From Catajapyx aquilonaris (taxonomy: Eukaryota), in contig KZ538159.1 in NCBI GenBank assembly GCA_000934665.2, forward strand, positions 62,001 through 114,767: a DNA stretch of 52,767 bases, read 5' to 3'. The notes below the pieces were generated by a model. It saw only the letters and a program-made list of their open reading frames with translations, was not told where the DNA came from and did no database searches. The number at the start of each line of letters is the position of its first letter. Position 1 is the first letter of the stretch. The translations under genes and the position numbers were made by a program. Shown here piece after piece: positions 25,190-39,130 of this stretch.

Positions 25190-25923
25190 TACCAGTGGTT
25201 CCTCAGTGACTCGCCTTCACCTTTTGCGATGGTTGAATGATATCTTCTGGGCTGGAAAAAGGTGGGTGGTTGGGAGGATAACCCCTCACGTGATGTCTCT
25301 TCTGATAATAAATGCGAAAGAAGGCCGTTACCTGCTGGTCTGAACAGCTTCCTGGATTTTTCCCTCCAATATAAACCGATTCTACAGGTCACTAAACAGT
25401 AACTGTCAAAAACTAGTCGCCAATATGGATGTCCAACTTTCGGATCCAAAATGGCCGCCCGCATATGTATCTAATCGAATTTTTTTTGTGTCACCCTGAG
25501 TGCCACTTTGCACCCCATGAGCACTTAGGTGATGTGGAATGACAAAGACGTGTCGTAGCATTTATGAGTCGGATAGACCGAGTGCACGTGCGGGCCAATG
25601 ACTTCACTTTTTGTATTGTCGCTATTGTTGGTAGGTCGTAAACAAAATGGAATCCATGATGGCGCTCCACTTTTGTAAGAGGATTTCTGACAGGTTTCTA
25701 AAGTGTTTGGGGGAGGCAAAGGTAGTCAGTTTTAATTCGTGGTTAAAGTGAAACCGACAACTAGAGATTCTCCCTCTGGCGGGAAAGTTATGAGATTTAC
25801 ATTGGAGTCCATGTTTGCTCTCGGGAGTTTTGAAGTAGGGTTCGTGTCCCCGTTGTGTTGGTATTCAATGGAGTGGAAGGGATTGATTTCCTCCAGAGCC
25901 AGAACCCAGGCGCAACTAATCAA
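25190..25923 (-). pseudogene. LRP-fossil remnants: YWTD blades and next propeller start
   Basis: INPFHSIEY...SKLPRANMDSN...GFTLT (cf. PKIERANMDG...GLTLD); WIPFCL; PSFAFIIRRDI. Confidence 0.6.
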
Positions 25924-26947
25924 TGTTGAGCTTCCTAGCTGCCTGTTTTACCCACCTAAACTCTCCATAGTATAAAACCAAGCACATTTTTAAAATTGAA
26001 AGATCAGCTAGTAATCCGTTGAAGTCTTGTAGCGCCTCGTAGTTCGAAGGATTCCCAAACTCTTAGTAATCTTTTGAGAGTTATGAGAGCTAGGTCTACG
26101 ATACTTTGAAAGGATTGGTTGTACCCTTCGGGCTTACGAGATCTGTAGGGCTTGAGAGAACTATTGGGCTTACCAGATTATACGAGAGGGGTTGAGATAC
26201 TGGGCGTGGGACTTATACGAGATCGCAGGCTTGTGACATCCTCTTAATAATTTTTTCTAAAAGCATTTTCTACTAATTTGAATGTAGGTTCGTATCCCAC
26301 TTCTGACACCATTGTTATGATCAAGGCACTGGGTGAAGATAATTTTGATTGTTTCACTACTGTTAGAATATACCCCCATAAACCTGAGCGCATTTCAAAT
26401 TCGTGTGTCGTATTTCTACCTGCTGAGTCAATTTAGACACTAGGGTGACAAAGGCCGGCTTCTCATTAACAATAATAGGGCTAGCAGACCCTGCAATTTG
26501 CTTTCATTTCCAGAAACGTGCGTGTGCGTGTGCGATTGGACTTGCGGGGATGGGAGTAATTAGCTGTTTTATTCACTAAGGCGGGATTATCTGATGCTAA
26601 TTTGTGATGATACAGATCGATGAAACACCAGGTGCCATATATGTATTAATAGCTGGTCATCCTACTATGCGGTAGTTGACATCTTTTGAGGAGATGGGAC
26701 TAGGTGGGAGTCACAACGGGATTTTAGGATAGGGAGCAACTAACTCCTGCTGACCTTCTAGGGAAAGGAGTTCACCTGGGCCAGGGACACGCCCGTCTGC
26801 AGGAGAAATTATATCGCTTCTCACTCATTTTTTTTTTTTTGCAAAAAAATATTTCCGCCTGGAAAAAGCAGTGATTCTACTGGAAGTAATCGTAACGGGC
26901 AACTGTCGCAGGTAGAAATTTTTCACCTTTGTGGAATCATGACTCAC

Positions 26948-27206
26948 CTGCACGTATTTGGTCCTACGTGATATGGTTTGAATAACTCATTCGGGACATC
27001 AGGTCATGTGCTAATTTAGACCACTAGATGGCTCTGTGGGGGAAGGGAGGATCATTCCTACCCCTGTGAGGTGAGATGCTCAACAGTGTGCCGTATTGAT
27101 TCAAGTTGCAAATTAAGGGAAGGGGGATGTACCAAAAGGACAAAAGACGCAGTTGAGTGTGCTTAATCTCGTTTAGCACTGGCACAGGCAGTCGGGACCA
27201 AAGCTC
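26948..27206 (-). pseudogene. LRP-fossil exon: propeller start
   Basis: Acceptor CCATTCCAG and donor CAG|GTGAGT; HTQLRLLSF...RAI*WSKLAHDLMSR (TAG where Tyr of IYWS is expected). Confidence 0.65.
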
Positions 27207-30200
27207 CTGGAATGGGTATTTTATTGCGCCGCACTTTATTTCCTTGTCCGGAAGGGCTTGGAAGCTACAGTTGGAAAATGGCGGTTTTTTTCTGCACGAA
27301 TTTTTGGCAAAGTTCTCAAGATATTCTGCTATAAAGTTATACAGTCGGTGATATTGCAATATGGTCGAAAAATGATGGCAGGAAAACGATTCAGATATAT
27401 CATTTTGAATATTTTGGCGAGAGAAAAATTTATTGAGGTGCTTTACACCATTGACGAACTCACGAAATACATTTAACAAGATAGAGCATGTATCCACTTC
27501 AAAAGGAACATTCAGAGAGCTAAGTCCTCTTCATTGAAAAGCTGGGTGCACAAAGAAGTTCTGGAAATAATAAGTGACGCTATTTGTAACCTACATAAAA
27601 GAGACCCCTCTCGATATTGTGAGCATGTCAAACGGCTTATGAAACAAACCTATTCAGGAACCTGGCCGGATTTTATTTTTGTACCTCCCAAAAAATTTTA
27701 GTCGCGTCACGAAATTTGAGTCAGGACATTGCAAATTGCAGATTGTTAGTTGAATAAGTTAGTAACAGGTTCAAAATCCTCTACAGTCTACAGCCTCAAG
27801 CCATGAAACTAAAACTTGCACTCTAAATAAACCTTCATTACTTCTGATTGCAAGGCATGAAACCCGGAGGAAAGGTTGGAATTATACATTCCTGATAGGG
27901 ACGGCCTCTCTTATGATTTATTATGCCTTCTAGAAATAGTCTGACTCAAAATTAATAAGGGGGCTGGGTAATGACATTCTATGGTTTGAAAAAGTATGGG
28001 ATGACACATTAGTTATTTATTCAATAACTTGAAGCTCGACATGTGCTGACACTGGAAATATCATCCTAACTCTACAAAATTAATTTGCACGAAACTGTTA
28101 ATAAAATTAAGAAGAAAATGTAGATGTTAGTAGTAGATAAGCCAATCCTAGGCACGAGCTTAAGGTGAAAGCGTGCTTGGGATATCCCCAGCACCTTCTA
28201 CCCCCTACCTGAACCTTAAGAAAAAAAATCCAGGTGGAAATCAATAAGAAGGGTGCACGTTGAAGGTAGCTAAAATAGCTACACCATTTTCGATATTATT
28301 ATATCTTGAAATGTCCTCCTCCGCCCCTATTTGGCACCTTTTCTTTATATACGAAGAATAGCCCAAGCCCATTCTTGACACTTGAAAAGGATGAAGTGTA
28401 GAGTAGGTGGAGCGTAAATGTTCCTTCTTTTCAACGCCACACTGTAAATTCGGAGGAACCTCTTAAAGGAGCTGAGGGTAAAAAAGGAGTCGTAATAATG
28501 GGCGGAGGGGGCTTAGCTTCGGGCTTCCTCGCCGGATGTGTCGCTTTTCTAAGGCGATTGTTAATGTCGGGCTTACCAGCAAGTGTCGGGGGTGGTGGTT
28601 ACGAGGCTTTCGACGTATCGCCCACATTCCTTATTTCATTTGAATTTATACGACCTGAAGTCTGTGGAGTGAGAAACTCCAGCTGAATAAGCCATTAAAA
28701 ATATTAAATATATTTTTTTAAAATACAACCGATGACCACCACTTGATCAAGTGAAGGTGGTCATCAGCAGGGAAAATTTCGTTGTATTTTTTCCGCCACA
28801 TTGTCACCTACTATGTAGATAAGCTAAGGGCGTGAACAAATAGATATGATCTCCAGGATAACCATTATAATGCATAACAGTTGGCTCTCATTATTATTTA
28901 ACACCATACCTCATGCAGTGTAGCTGTTTTTTTTTGCAATAGTCAGAGAGCGAGAAACAGTGCAGAAAATACACTGAGGTAATATTTTATTTAGAATGCA
29001 TCAGGTACGAAGCGGAAGAGTTTACCTGATATGGATTATGCAGGTCCAAATGAATTTTTGATGCTAAGCAACCTCGTGAATAATACACGTGCTATAGGAA
29101 GAATCAGGCAAAATGATAATTTAGGTTCTGAGCAAAACGTACCTTACAAACGAGGCCGCCATCTTGATTTATGGCGATACTGTTGTCGTACAGGACAATG
29201 ATGTAATATTCAGGTAAAATTTCGGGCAACAATACGGTGAGTTTTGGACCAGCCACACTGGTCCAACACACTGAACTGACTCGATGCCAATGCGAAAATT
29301 CTGTTGACGTAACAACACCCCCACTTCTCAAAAAAAAAAGTGCAGACGCCTACATCGGTTCGATATAAATGATCTCTAGACAACAGTGCCAACAACTGGT
29401 TTTTGTAACATACCGCAGTGGACAGTTTTTATTACAACCGCACCTTACTGGAACTAACCATAAGACGGTCATGAATTTTGCACAAAAAAAAAATCTAAAA
29501 ATTTTCCTCCCCAAAAAATGAATTACCCGAAGTGGCCCACAAACACGGTTTCTCGTTACTTTGGGCACCCTTCCAAAAACCGGGTTCTCCTTCAAGATAA
29601 AGACGGAGTGGTCCATCGATCAGCCCCGATTCCTCCAGAGACCCTGAGCTTTATTTTGGAGGCCCTGAAAAAGATGGATCTGATGCAAAAAAAAAAAAAT
29701 TAGAAGTTCGCGTGCCAACCTGGTTTTAAACCAAGGTTGAAGCATATGCGTGATTCGACCTAAACTCGAAATGAAGACAGCTTCTCTAGAAGTCTTGTAT
29801 GTTGTAAGTGCCTAATGCGCATACCTAGATAAGATATACAGGTATGCCATAAAAAAAACGAGTGAATTTGCAGAGTTGTAAGCTGTCAGTGTACCTGGTG
29901 TAAGAAAAGTACGTGATCGATGGCATCAGGTTTGGCTAGTAGAAAAGGTGAAGATCAGGGTGAATAAAACAGGCGACCTTCCTCATGGGAACATAACGGA
30001 CAAGAAAGACTATAAAAGCATTTGAAAATCACGCGCGAAAGATAAATCCTCATTTGTCACTTAGGTTCAAACCTCATTAAAATGGGACAAATTACGCGCC
30101 TAGTAACTGTTATTTTTTAAATAAAAATCCCCCTGGAGACATTCCCACCAGTAGTCGCGAAAAGGTCAAGTCCGACGAAATCTTAATCTTTCTTCAGGTG

Positions 30201-30259
30201 AAGTAATTACGACGCTGTTTATAATTTTTATTGAGCTATAAAGAGTCAACCGCATGCCC

Positions 30260-30763
30260 TGCCCCTGGCTAGCTTTTCCATGACTTCAGTTATGGCCATT
30301 TGGGGACTAATCGTCTGACTACAGGGTGGCACGTAAAATGCCTGCTGTGCCCATCGTAGGCCTCTACATGCCCTGATAAGTTGTGATACACCCTGTAGGA
30401 TTTTAATGGCGGTTTATCTCCAGTTTGTCACGAAATCCATTTCCATTTGGGAGCTAGTGATACCGTGACCTTTTCTCAGTGTCAGTTGCGATGCCCGGCG
30501 GTTGCCCGGCGGTGTTGATACCGTACTAATTTCAATGCCATTTGACCTAACTATGCCACCTACCATATTCTGGCGGAGCTTCTCCAGGAGACGATCCATA
30601 GGCATTGTGGTCACTATCGGGTCAGCACCCCCAGGCGCATGGTTCCGTCACAAAATTCGGGGGTAGGAAGGCCAAACTGGTCAGGATGAAGGCTCCTGAA
30701 GATCTGGTCTACGTTGGCTGGGTGCGAAATATGTAGGCCTGCACCCGCTTTTCACTGGTATGC
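30260..30763 (-). pseudogene. LRP-fossil exon(s): consecutive YWTD blades
   Basis: PMDRLLEKLRQNMV...NGIEIST...GNRR...LRKGHGITSS...FVTNW; YDGHSR; PNG(fs)ITE..EKL. Confidence 0.7.
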
Positions 30764-31380
30764 CTGCAGGGTGGACAGGGACCGGGATAGTGAATCAAGA
30801 CTCTAGGTCACGTTTGGTCATACAATCACGCCCGTTTTAGTACCCACGGATAGATGTCGCTGTAATCAAAAAATAACCCGGTAGATTCAAAAAAAAATAT
30901 GTAAAAAGTATAAACAAACAGATCCCCCTTCACGATTCCCCTCGTAGACCCGCAACCCACCCTACACTTGCTAACTCTGGCTAGAGACAGTAGGAGGCAC
31001 CCCTAGCCTGGGTTTTGTGCGCCTGCGGGGTAGATGGCGGCATGGATTTTTGCATGAAGGTAGGGGTTGACGGCAGCCCCAGAGTCAAAGACCCACATAC
31101 ACATACCCCCTCTACACCAACCGATGATATCGATCCTCTATCCCTGGGAAAAGCCACCGACCCTACCCCCTATTTCAGGGGGATAGTAGTAGCAGGAACC
31201 TGCTAGGACAGCTGGGTAGAAATGGGGTTATTGGGGATCGAATTATCCGGGGGAAGTCTTTTTGGGGTAGGTCCACTGATAGTGTGTCACATTCAAGTTA
31301 TGTGGAAAAAAAGATATGGAGCATTCGTAATAAGTTGCAGATAGTATCGGGGACACTTATTGTCCAATCCTGATAATTAT

Positions 31381-31640
31381 GTTGGGCAGATGTGGGGGAA
31401 GGAGCAGCAACAGTTTCAATGGATGAATGGGCGTAACTAAACAGGCTGTCCAAGCTCGATATGTGGAACTAAACCATTATTGACCAAGTGAAGTACTGGA
31501 CTCTGTACAAATACTGATGATGTATTCAGTCTTTTTGTGACTGCCCAGAACAACAGTACAGTGCTCATTGATTTAAATGATACGATGGACTGAGCCATGT
31601 AGCGATAATGTATAGATGAGATTGTTCATTTAATGTTGTA
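31381..31640 (-). pseudogene. LRP-fossil exon: YWTD blade, propeller end and EGF start
   Basis: One frame reads QSIV...LLFWAVTKRL...GQPV*LRPFIH*NCCCSFPHIC. Single-base changes restore LFWAD, PC and NGGCS..HIC. Confidence 0.7.
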
Positions 31641-32441
31641 CTGTAGCAGTGTACAGTACAGGCTGTATCCTGTGACAGTGTCACTAACCCCTTTACTGTA
31701 CACTGTAGTCAGTCGCTAATTATATGCTATTTCGCTAAAATATGTACTGGTAGAATGGTAATTAATTAACAGGTTTTAAATTATTGCTTCGCGAGCACGT
31801 GCACTATGATGCTATTTTCAACTTATAAAGCGCAGATAAGTACAATGAGCGCATTATGCCTTGATTGGTTAGTAAGAGCCAACTACTGTCGAGACAACAG
31901 TGCTGTTTTGTTGATTGTTACCGGATACCCCCTTTTAACTGTTCCGGTAATTAATAGACACAAAAAAGGGGCGCCACCAGTTCGTACCGTGCCGATGGAG
32001 GCCATCTACCAGCAAAATTCCGAACCCACTTGTTCGCCAACACCATACCTCCACCTGGCCGCACAGTTAGGAACTATACAAACCGGTAATAAACCGCAGG
32101 GAAAATCGAAGATGTCAGTTACGCGGTTGTTAATCTGCCAAATTATTTCCTATTCTGCGGGACATTTAATATCTGGGGTTGCCCTGGGATACCGCGGGGC
32201 TTCAGCTCACATCATGTCTATACAGAAGCTATACAGTGCTAGATATCAAATTAACCTAAGGAAGCTGTACAATATTGGGATTCGTTTAACTTATAAGTGA
32301 CGGGGGCGTAGATTGGAAATTTAGCTCTATGATGGAAATAAGTAGATTAGGCCATAGTTGTAGTTGCATGCAACAGATAGCGCTCATTGCATGTGCTATT
32401 CTACTAAGGTCGACTATGGCCCTATACACATGTTTACTTAC

Positions 32442-32961
32442 ATTTATGCATGAGCCGCAACTGGCGTGTGACATAGCACTTTTGTTGTGCTTTAGATTGC
32501 TTCACATGATGTGCGTATGTAAATCACATTGTGCCAGTCTTCAAGAGTGTGATTATGCGGTGGGAAGTTCCTGTGCTGAGTTGAATGTAATCATACTAAA
32601 TATCTGGTGTTTGCAGATGGGTTGTGGTAGGCCAAGGTTTCTTTTATGTAAATACTTGTCATCTGTAAACATTTGAATTATAAAGTCTAATTTCTCTTAC
32701 ATTCAATACACAGTTTTATTTTGTTGAAAGCAGCTGACATGTGATTCCCACAAGATTTATTCCACCGTATCATATGTGAAGGCGGATGCTTTGTACGTAT
32801 ACAATCCACCCTCTTTACCGCCTCGTAATGCATCAAGCTCAATGTAGAACTGGAATGTGGGCTCATTGCCGTAACTAGACGTGGAATTGGCTGAATGCGG
32901 CACCTTGCCACACTGCACATTTTTCTCACATACTGGCCCTTTGATGTGTGATGAACACTAC
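32442..32961 (-). pseudogene. LRP-fossil exons 32701-32961 and 32442-32662: EGF end, propeller start, blades
   Basis: AG/GTAAG-bounded; EPTFQFY...LRG, SAFTYDTVE*ILW; RNLGLPQPICKH...RLAQCDLHTHIM*SNL. Confidence 0.55.
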
Positions 32962-33156
32962 CTATGGAATTCTACTTCACAATCCTATAGTTCAAGCCTA
33001 TGGTAATTAAAAGTATCACGCTTACCTGTCATTAATTATTTCATGTGTGATATATCCTTTCATCTAGGCGCAACTGTTATGAAGCATAATTACATGTGTA
33101 ATTCATGTCAAAAAGTTGATCATCTTTATTTTAATAAGTTCACATATGAGCATGAC

Positions 33157-33563
33157 CTGCATGTTTTTCCGTCGGGGGTTGGTAGGTAGCTTTGAACACC
33201 TCATATTGCATGAGAGAGGATGATAAAGTGACTCTCACAGTAGGGTGTTTCGTGTCCCTTTGAATAACCATTCTCCGACTTTCCTTTGGAGTCCTACCTA
33301 CAAAGGTATGACACCAGGTATGAAGGGGTTGCACTGCTTATTACTTCCACTGCCATATTAATTTTTAGCATAATTACACTAATTTAAAATGAATTGTTGG
33401 CCAGCCTGCTTTACTGTACTATAGGTAACAGGTGTCCGAACATACATCCGGCAGCATTCCTCCAAGCCTAACCGCATATTCAATAGCAACCCAACCGGAC
33501 AGCCACGCTGGAACTTATTAATTTCAAATGAGTTGTTAGCTCCATTTGAACTTGGAGCGAATT
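33157..33563 (-). pseudogene. LRP-fossil EGF-like exons 33446-33563 and 33157-33297
   Basis: FQRGCPVGLLL (CGT where TGT is expected) and YLPTPDGKTC, each AG/GT-bounded. Confidence 0.6.
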
Positions 33564-33721
33564 CTAGCAATCAATAGAATCAGAGAGAAGCACAGCCTTG
33601 ATTTCTATTGAAAATTTCTACTATGTATCCAGTCTGTGTGTCAATATTGTCACACGTTGCCAGGCTACACACAAGGCCTGGTCACTTCTCTAGAAATGCC
33701 CAGCCGAGTGGAATATGTCAT

Positions 33722-33803
33722 GGGGCGAATACTCCGGGGGCGAAATTGTCACGGGGGCCAATAGGTCGGGGGCGAAAAGTCCGGGGCGAAAGGTCCGGAT
33801 CCC
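33722..33803. repeat. GGGGCGAAA-type short subrepeat array, probably a transposon end
   Basis: Five GGGGC(G/C)AA units at roughly 15-17-bp spacing, ending GGTCCGGATCCC. Confidence 0.55.
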
Positions 33804-35009
33804 GTGTGATACACCCAGATTCGATATATTTCACACGATATTTGTACAATATAACCTGATATTGCTCATCCTTACCATGGAGTGACAACATAAATGGAGA
33901 TATGGCACATACGGCTATCAGCAAGTTATGAGCCGCAATCTCACATTTAATCAACACTCAACCAAGATCCCTAATCAAGTTTTCTGAAGATTTGCTTCCA
34001 AAACTTTAAAGGGCCAGGTCCTTTTATCAGCCACCTTTTCAGAGCTCGAGTGATAACTGTTCCAAGATTGCAAATAGAAACAAATGTAAGTACCCACAAA
34101 ACCGGAGGAATAATCTTCTTCCAAGTGTAGGCTATCTCTCCTCTTAAATTTTAATCTCGCCCGGCCATAACTTTCTCATTTTCCAGACTTCTTGAGGGGA
34201 GGTTTCCTACCGGAGGACATTTTCGCTCGTTTCACGTTTATTACGCTTCCTGATCTCCACTTCCACATTTTCCACGACATCGTGGGAGTAACGTAAACGA
34301 TACGCGCGCCATCTTTTTTTCTGCCTTAGAATGTTGGTTAGGTTTAGGTACTTTCTGGAAATAGGGAGGTAAACATTGTTGCGCTATTGCGGTGAAAAGA
34401 ATAGGGGTCAGGGTCCTTATTATTCTGGAGTTACCATTTGACCTCTGGTATGAATAATAAAACGACATCTTGCACAAACAATATGGGAATCTGCATAATG
34501 AGAGTTATCTAATCCAATAGTCTGCCTAGGTAATAACCCTTTTCGATCGGTCTACACCCTACTGTTCTTTTATGGAAGGGGACCGTGATATAGAATTTTT
34601 CTTGGACCCAAATTTTTTTTATCTAACGTTCCACACTGTAACGAAATAGTCGATTGGCTGTGCTATGAAAGGTAGGCTACCCTCGAATGTAAATCCGCCA
34701 TTTTTACTCTCGCCCTAATAAATGTAAAGGTTAATAAAGCTGCCACAAAGAGCCCTGGTACAGCCTGAATGGGTTGTTATTTTATTGACTTAGTCATGGC
34801 TGCAATTGTGCCCACTTTAGTGAGCCCTTAAAGGCCGACACTGCCCTGGGATCATTAACAATCCCTTTTCCGGTGCAACAATAGCCATTTTATGTAGTTT
34901 TGTGCACATTCGCTCAATACTGTGATTGTGATACTATCACTCTGTTCACACATTTTTCCAGCTAGCCTCGTCCTAGGGTTGAACTCATGGTCTTAGAATA
35001 CTAAGGTGT

Positions 35010-35314
35010 GGACACTCCCTCTTATCGCCGCCGGGGCGTTTTGCATGACTAGAGGTGATCACTTAAGAGCGCCATGGGAGAGCTTTTCTCTGCTCAATTA
35101 TGTGGCGACCCTACCGGACTATTCTGAACTAAGGTAGAAGAGAAGCCGCTACATGGCCGCAGGCGACCACCAATGTAGCGCTTCCCTTTTGTACCTATAA
35201 AGTTCAGCGTAGTCCGGTAGGGTCGCCACATAATAGAGCGGTGAAAGGTCTCATGGCGCTCTAAGGTGAGCACGCCCTGGCAGGCGATAAGATAAGATTG
35301 TAGGGGAAGTGTCC
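35010..35314. mobile_element. ~305-bp fold-back (long inverted repeat) MITE
   Basis: Arms align along their whole length, including a perfect ATTATGTGGCGACCCTACCGGACTA stem; small central loop near 35157-35169. Confidence 0.8.
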
Positions 35315-35371
35315 GGGGGCAGGTTGAACTTTTTCGAAGGGTTCAGGCTACCCTTACAACCTGCCCCAACG

Positions 35372-35568
35372 CCGCTAACTTTCGATAACAGCTAACTTGT
35401 TCAGTAAAACCGCTAAATCGCTAATGCTAAACAGCTAGAAAGGTTAGTGGACCCCCCATATCAATTATTGCTGTTTATCATTAGCGATATAGCGCTACCC
35501 ACGAGTTGCTAACCAAATTAGCGGTTAGCGGAAGTTAGCGGAACTACAACCCAGAGTGCCCAGCTCTG
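35372..35568. mobile_element. Partial MITE with CGCTAA/TTAGCG subrepeats ending GTGCCCAGCTCTG
   Basis: GCTAA repeats on the left mirrored by TTAGC repeats on the right; CAG-type terminus on the right only. Confidence 0.55.
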
Positions 35569-37794
35569 CCCCGCCATCTAGCGGGTGTCACGCTTATTCG
35601 GGGCCATATCCGTGACAATGAGCATAACCAGAAGCAGGATGGAAAGATAGTCGCTGCTGATAATATTGGGGGGTAGACTTATGAGGAGACACACTCAGGC
35701 GCTCCTTATCAGTTCATTAACTCCATTCGGGAGTCTTGCAGTGCGCTTCCTGATTACTTCACAAGGCGAGAGCCGGATCTTCATGCCGCTAAGACAAATG
35801 GACTGGCGAAATTTCTTAGTAAGGCAAGGAGGGGCTGCCTTTCTCCATCCTTAACTTTCATCATGGCGAGTGATTAAAACAGAATTCCCGACCGCTAGTA
35901 TTGACACTATGCGAGTCTCATGGAAAATCCGAAATCGAAAGCATCGCCATTTTTTTTTTGTGGAAAGAACATAGCGGCCAAAATAGGTTGCAAATTGCTT
36001 CAGTAAGAGAGTGCCGGGGCCCTTGTGCAGAAAATTTTGCACATCCGTGTTCCGACTGCCAAATGAGAGGAGAAGGCCTTCAGGGGGATGGTTTCTAGGA
36101 AGAGTGGTAGATCAGGGATTTTGGGGAGTGGGCCCATCCAGATAGAGAATTGCAGTCAAAATCTAGAAGACTATTGGGATGGAAAGGCTAACAAACGGGA
36201 CGTTTCACACATCTGACAGTTTGGGAGTGAAATTTTTTCCGGTACTGCATGTGGCAAAAAGTGGTTCATAATTTTTAAACAAAATTTTGCAAGCCAAATT
36301 AATTAACGAACATTCCTCATTGACTTTGGAAAACCCGATTTTCATAATGCTTGGAGATTATCGATTTGGTGAGGCATAAAAAATGTACAGTGTTCATGCG
36401 CGGGCCTTGTTCATATATGCAATGGATGGAGTGAATGCAATTAGAGCAGTCCGCCCTTATGTCGTCACTGGTATTAAATAATTGGCAGGTTTGTGGAATG
36501 AGTTTTTAAACGGAATTATGGGTTTCGGTACTTGTTAGTAGCTTCCGGATATATAGAGGGGGCGGTCTAGGAGGTTGAAGAAAACGGGTGTAGTCATGCC
36601 CATAATCGGGGGCTGTTGGAAGTGGATAATTACCAGTGGTATGAAGTCTAGGTTTTGGTAATTATAGAATAAGTGCATATTATTGCCAGGGGAAATAGTG
36701 TCTCGAATTTTAGGGAGTTGCAAAAATGGGAGGGTTGCTATGGCTATGATAGGAGTGGAATGTGATTAGGCTAATCATGCAAAATATTTGCACATTATAC
36801 GACCAGGTAATTCTGCTGAAATTAGTAGTTTGGAGACGAATATCAGCATATTATAACTTTCAGATTAACATAGAATAAGACAAGACTGCTTTAATAATAA
36901 TAATATTCATATCATAATTAATAATAACCAATATGGTTAGTTTTACTGATTGTAATGGGGATAGATAGTAATTGAATATTTTTTAAATATGACATTGTGT
37001 GTTTTCAATAATTAGCGAAATATTTGAATGGCCGCTTGATTAATTACTTTACACAGTAAACATTATTAATGGTAGCTACGCCTATTTTGCTATATTGTAT
37101 GCTCCCCGATTGTCAACCAGATAATTCTGTTACCGGTCCATTCAGCTACCTTTTGTCACAATGTGTCGTTAAAAGGAAATAACGTTACGCGTGAACTATT
37201 TTTTCTGGCTTTGAAATCTACAACAGGCGGTTTTGAAATAATGCAGTTAAACGTCGGCTACACGGCCGGACTTGCACTAATCCGGGTCACAACCACATGT
37301 GATTCGGTACATGTACACAGACTAACACCCTATAATTGCTAGTCTGTACAGTATCACACAGTACAGTACTTGCGCTATACTGTGTGTCACTCTTATTTGA
37401 TCTAGTTTATAATTAAAATTTTGAAGCCCTGCCAACAATTGAATTAAAAATCCAAAATAATTCAAAAATTTCATGCACACAAATTACTCTGCTTTGCTTA
37501 TCCCCATGAGTCATATGATGTTCCCCATGTTGCGCCCTCCTTATGGTCCCAAATTAGTATTAAGATCGAGCGTACCAAACGAGGGCCAAAGTGCAGCTAC
37601 ATGCATTTAGACGGGTTACTAGGGTTGCTAATCCTACCCCCCAAAGTTTTTAATGCCTCTTCCTATTTATGCCAGGAGAGGTATATGGCAAGGGATGCCA
37701 GAGTTACATTTTAATACCACCCCTCCTCTTTCCAACCCTCACTTACTCTTCCTAACCTCTGTTTCGACCGCAAGATGGTGCTGCTAAATCCCCC

Positions 37795-38233
37795 TCAACT
37801 ACTCCAGCTAAGGACACTTTGCATGCTTGATAGTCGCATGGGAAGCCCTGACTGCCAAACAAGGTGTCGAATTTTAGGCAAATAGCCCCGGATTTGGGGT
37901 CCAGACTCGTGCCAGGAATTCCGGACCACCCCCACCCCCAGCTTGATTACCGCTTTTGTATGCTTTGGGTCGCGCCTCTCCAAATTTCCCGCCCGCCTTG
38001 CTGCCACTTTGACTTGTCAGGTGGCATTAGGGTAGCTTTCGGACCCGGATGATTTAGGGTACCTGGGGTCATCTCTGTAGATTGTGGGTGAACACGTATG
38101 GGAGAGAGGTATCTGTCCCAATTAGAGAGTGCATTTCATTAATTGGAAGGGGAAAAGGTGTAAGGTGGATTTTGGTGTCAACAGTCGACGCTCCTTTTCT
38201 AGGAGTAAGTGAGATGAATGTGCGGATGTGGGT
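37795..38233 (-). pseudogene. LRP-fossil remnants: YWTD blades
   Basis: PFPLPINEMHSLIGTDTSL (CTAATTGGGACAGAT vs LYWTD codons); VAARRAGNLERRD...VIKLG vs AVDWxAGNLYWTD. Confidence 0.6.
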
Positions 38234-39130
38234 CTTAAATCGTCAAGTGGGAACAGTATTGGGGTTGGAGGAAAGGAAAAGGACAGGTCCCTAAAAGTTG
38301 AGACACCTTGGGAGGCACAGAGGAACGTTGGAAATGAACAGTTATTTTTAAAAGACATCAGTACTGATTTTTCAATTTTAAAAGCGTCAACTATCATGAA
38401 TAAAGTTCCAAAAACCAGTTTCAAGTACCTCCAGATCGATCAGTATCTTTTGAACTGATACCTTTCAACTCTCTTTGACATATATATTTTTTCTGGAAGC
38501 GTTTCCTACGAAATTACAGAGCGACGGAAACTCTAAAAGGGAAGGAAACACATTACAGAATGGGAAATTACGGAGCCGGTAACGAACCCAAATTGGAAAC
38601 CTGTTTAAGCACAAAGGAAGTCACTTTGCATCATTTGATCAGTGGCTGGGTTGCAATGACCCAGGCTCGCAGTTCTATTTCGATAAATTGGGAAACACAA
38701 GGTGTGTCAAAATATTACTAAAATTTGTCATTTAGATTGATCTAGTACAATGTTTTTGTCGCTTTATGTATCTAGTTTACCCTGTAGTTGTATATGCCAT
38801 TTAGAGGAAATTCCATGAAGCTAAATGATAGATGACCTGGCGTTAGGTAAACGGAAGCGCTAATTCCCGGGATTGCTCAAATCTCCACCGTACATACAGG
38901 GAATGGACTAAAAGCCTTGTGAATCACCGGCGGGCTCCAAATTCAAAATTCATCGTTCCGAATCGCTACAATTCCCAGCAGACACCAAGGACGAGATTGT
39001 TTTCAACTTGGAGCACGGAGCTTCATTAATTACGTGAAAATGGTGGGTGGGGCAGGTTGAAATGGATGAATCTTCCGGGAATTTTATCCGCCAGAAAACC
39101 AACTTCTTACTTGGTATATATATGGCTTAC

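Noticed and set aside
26040..26240. Degenerate GGGCTT..GAGA repeats
   Set aside because: Too decayed to define a unit or assign a function.
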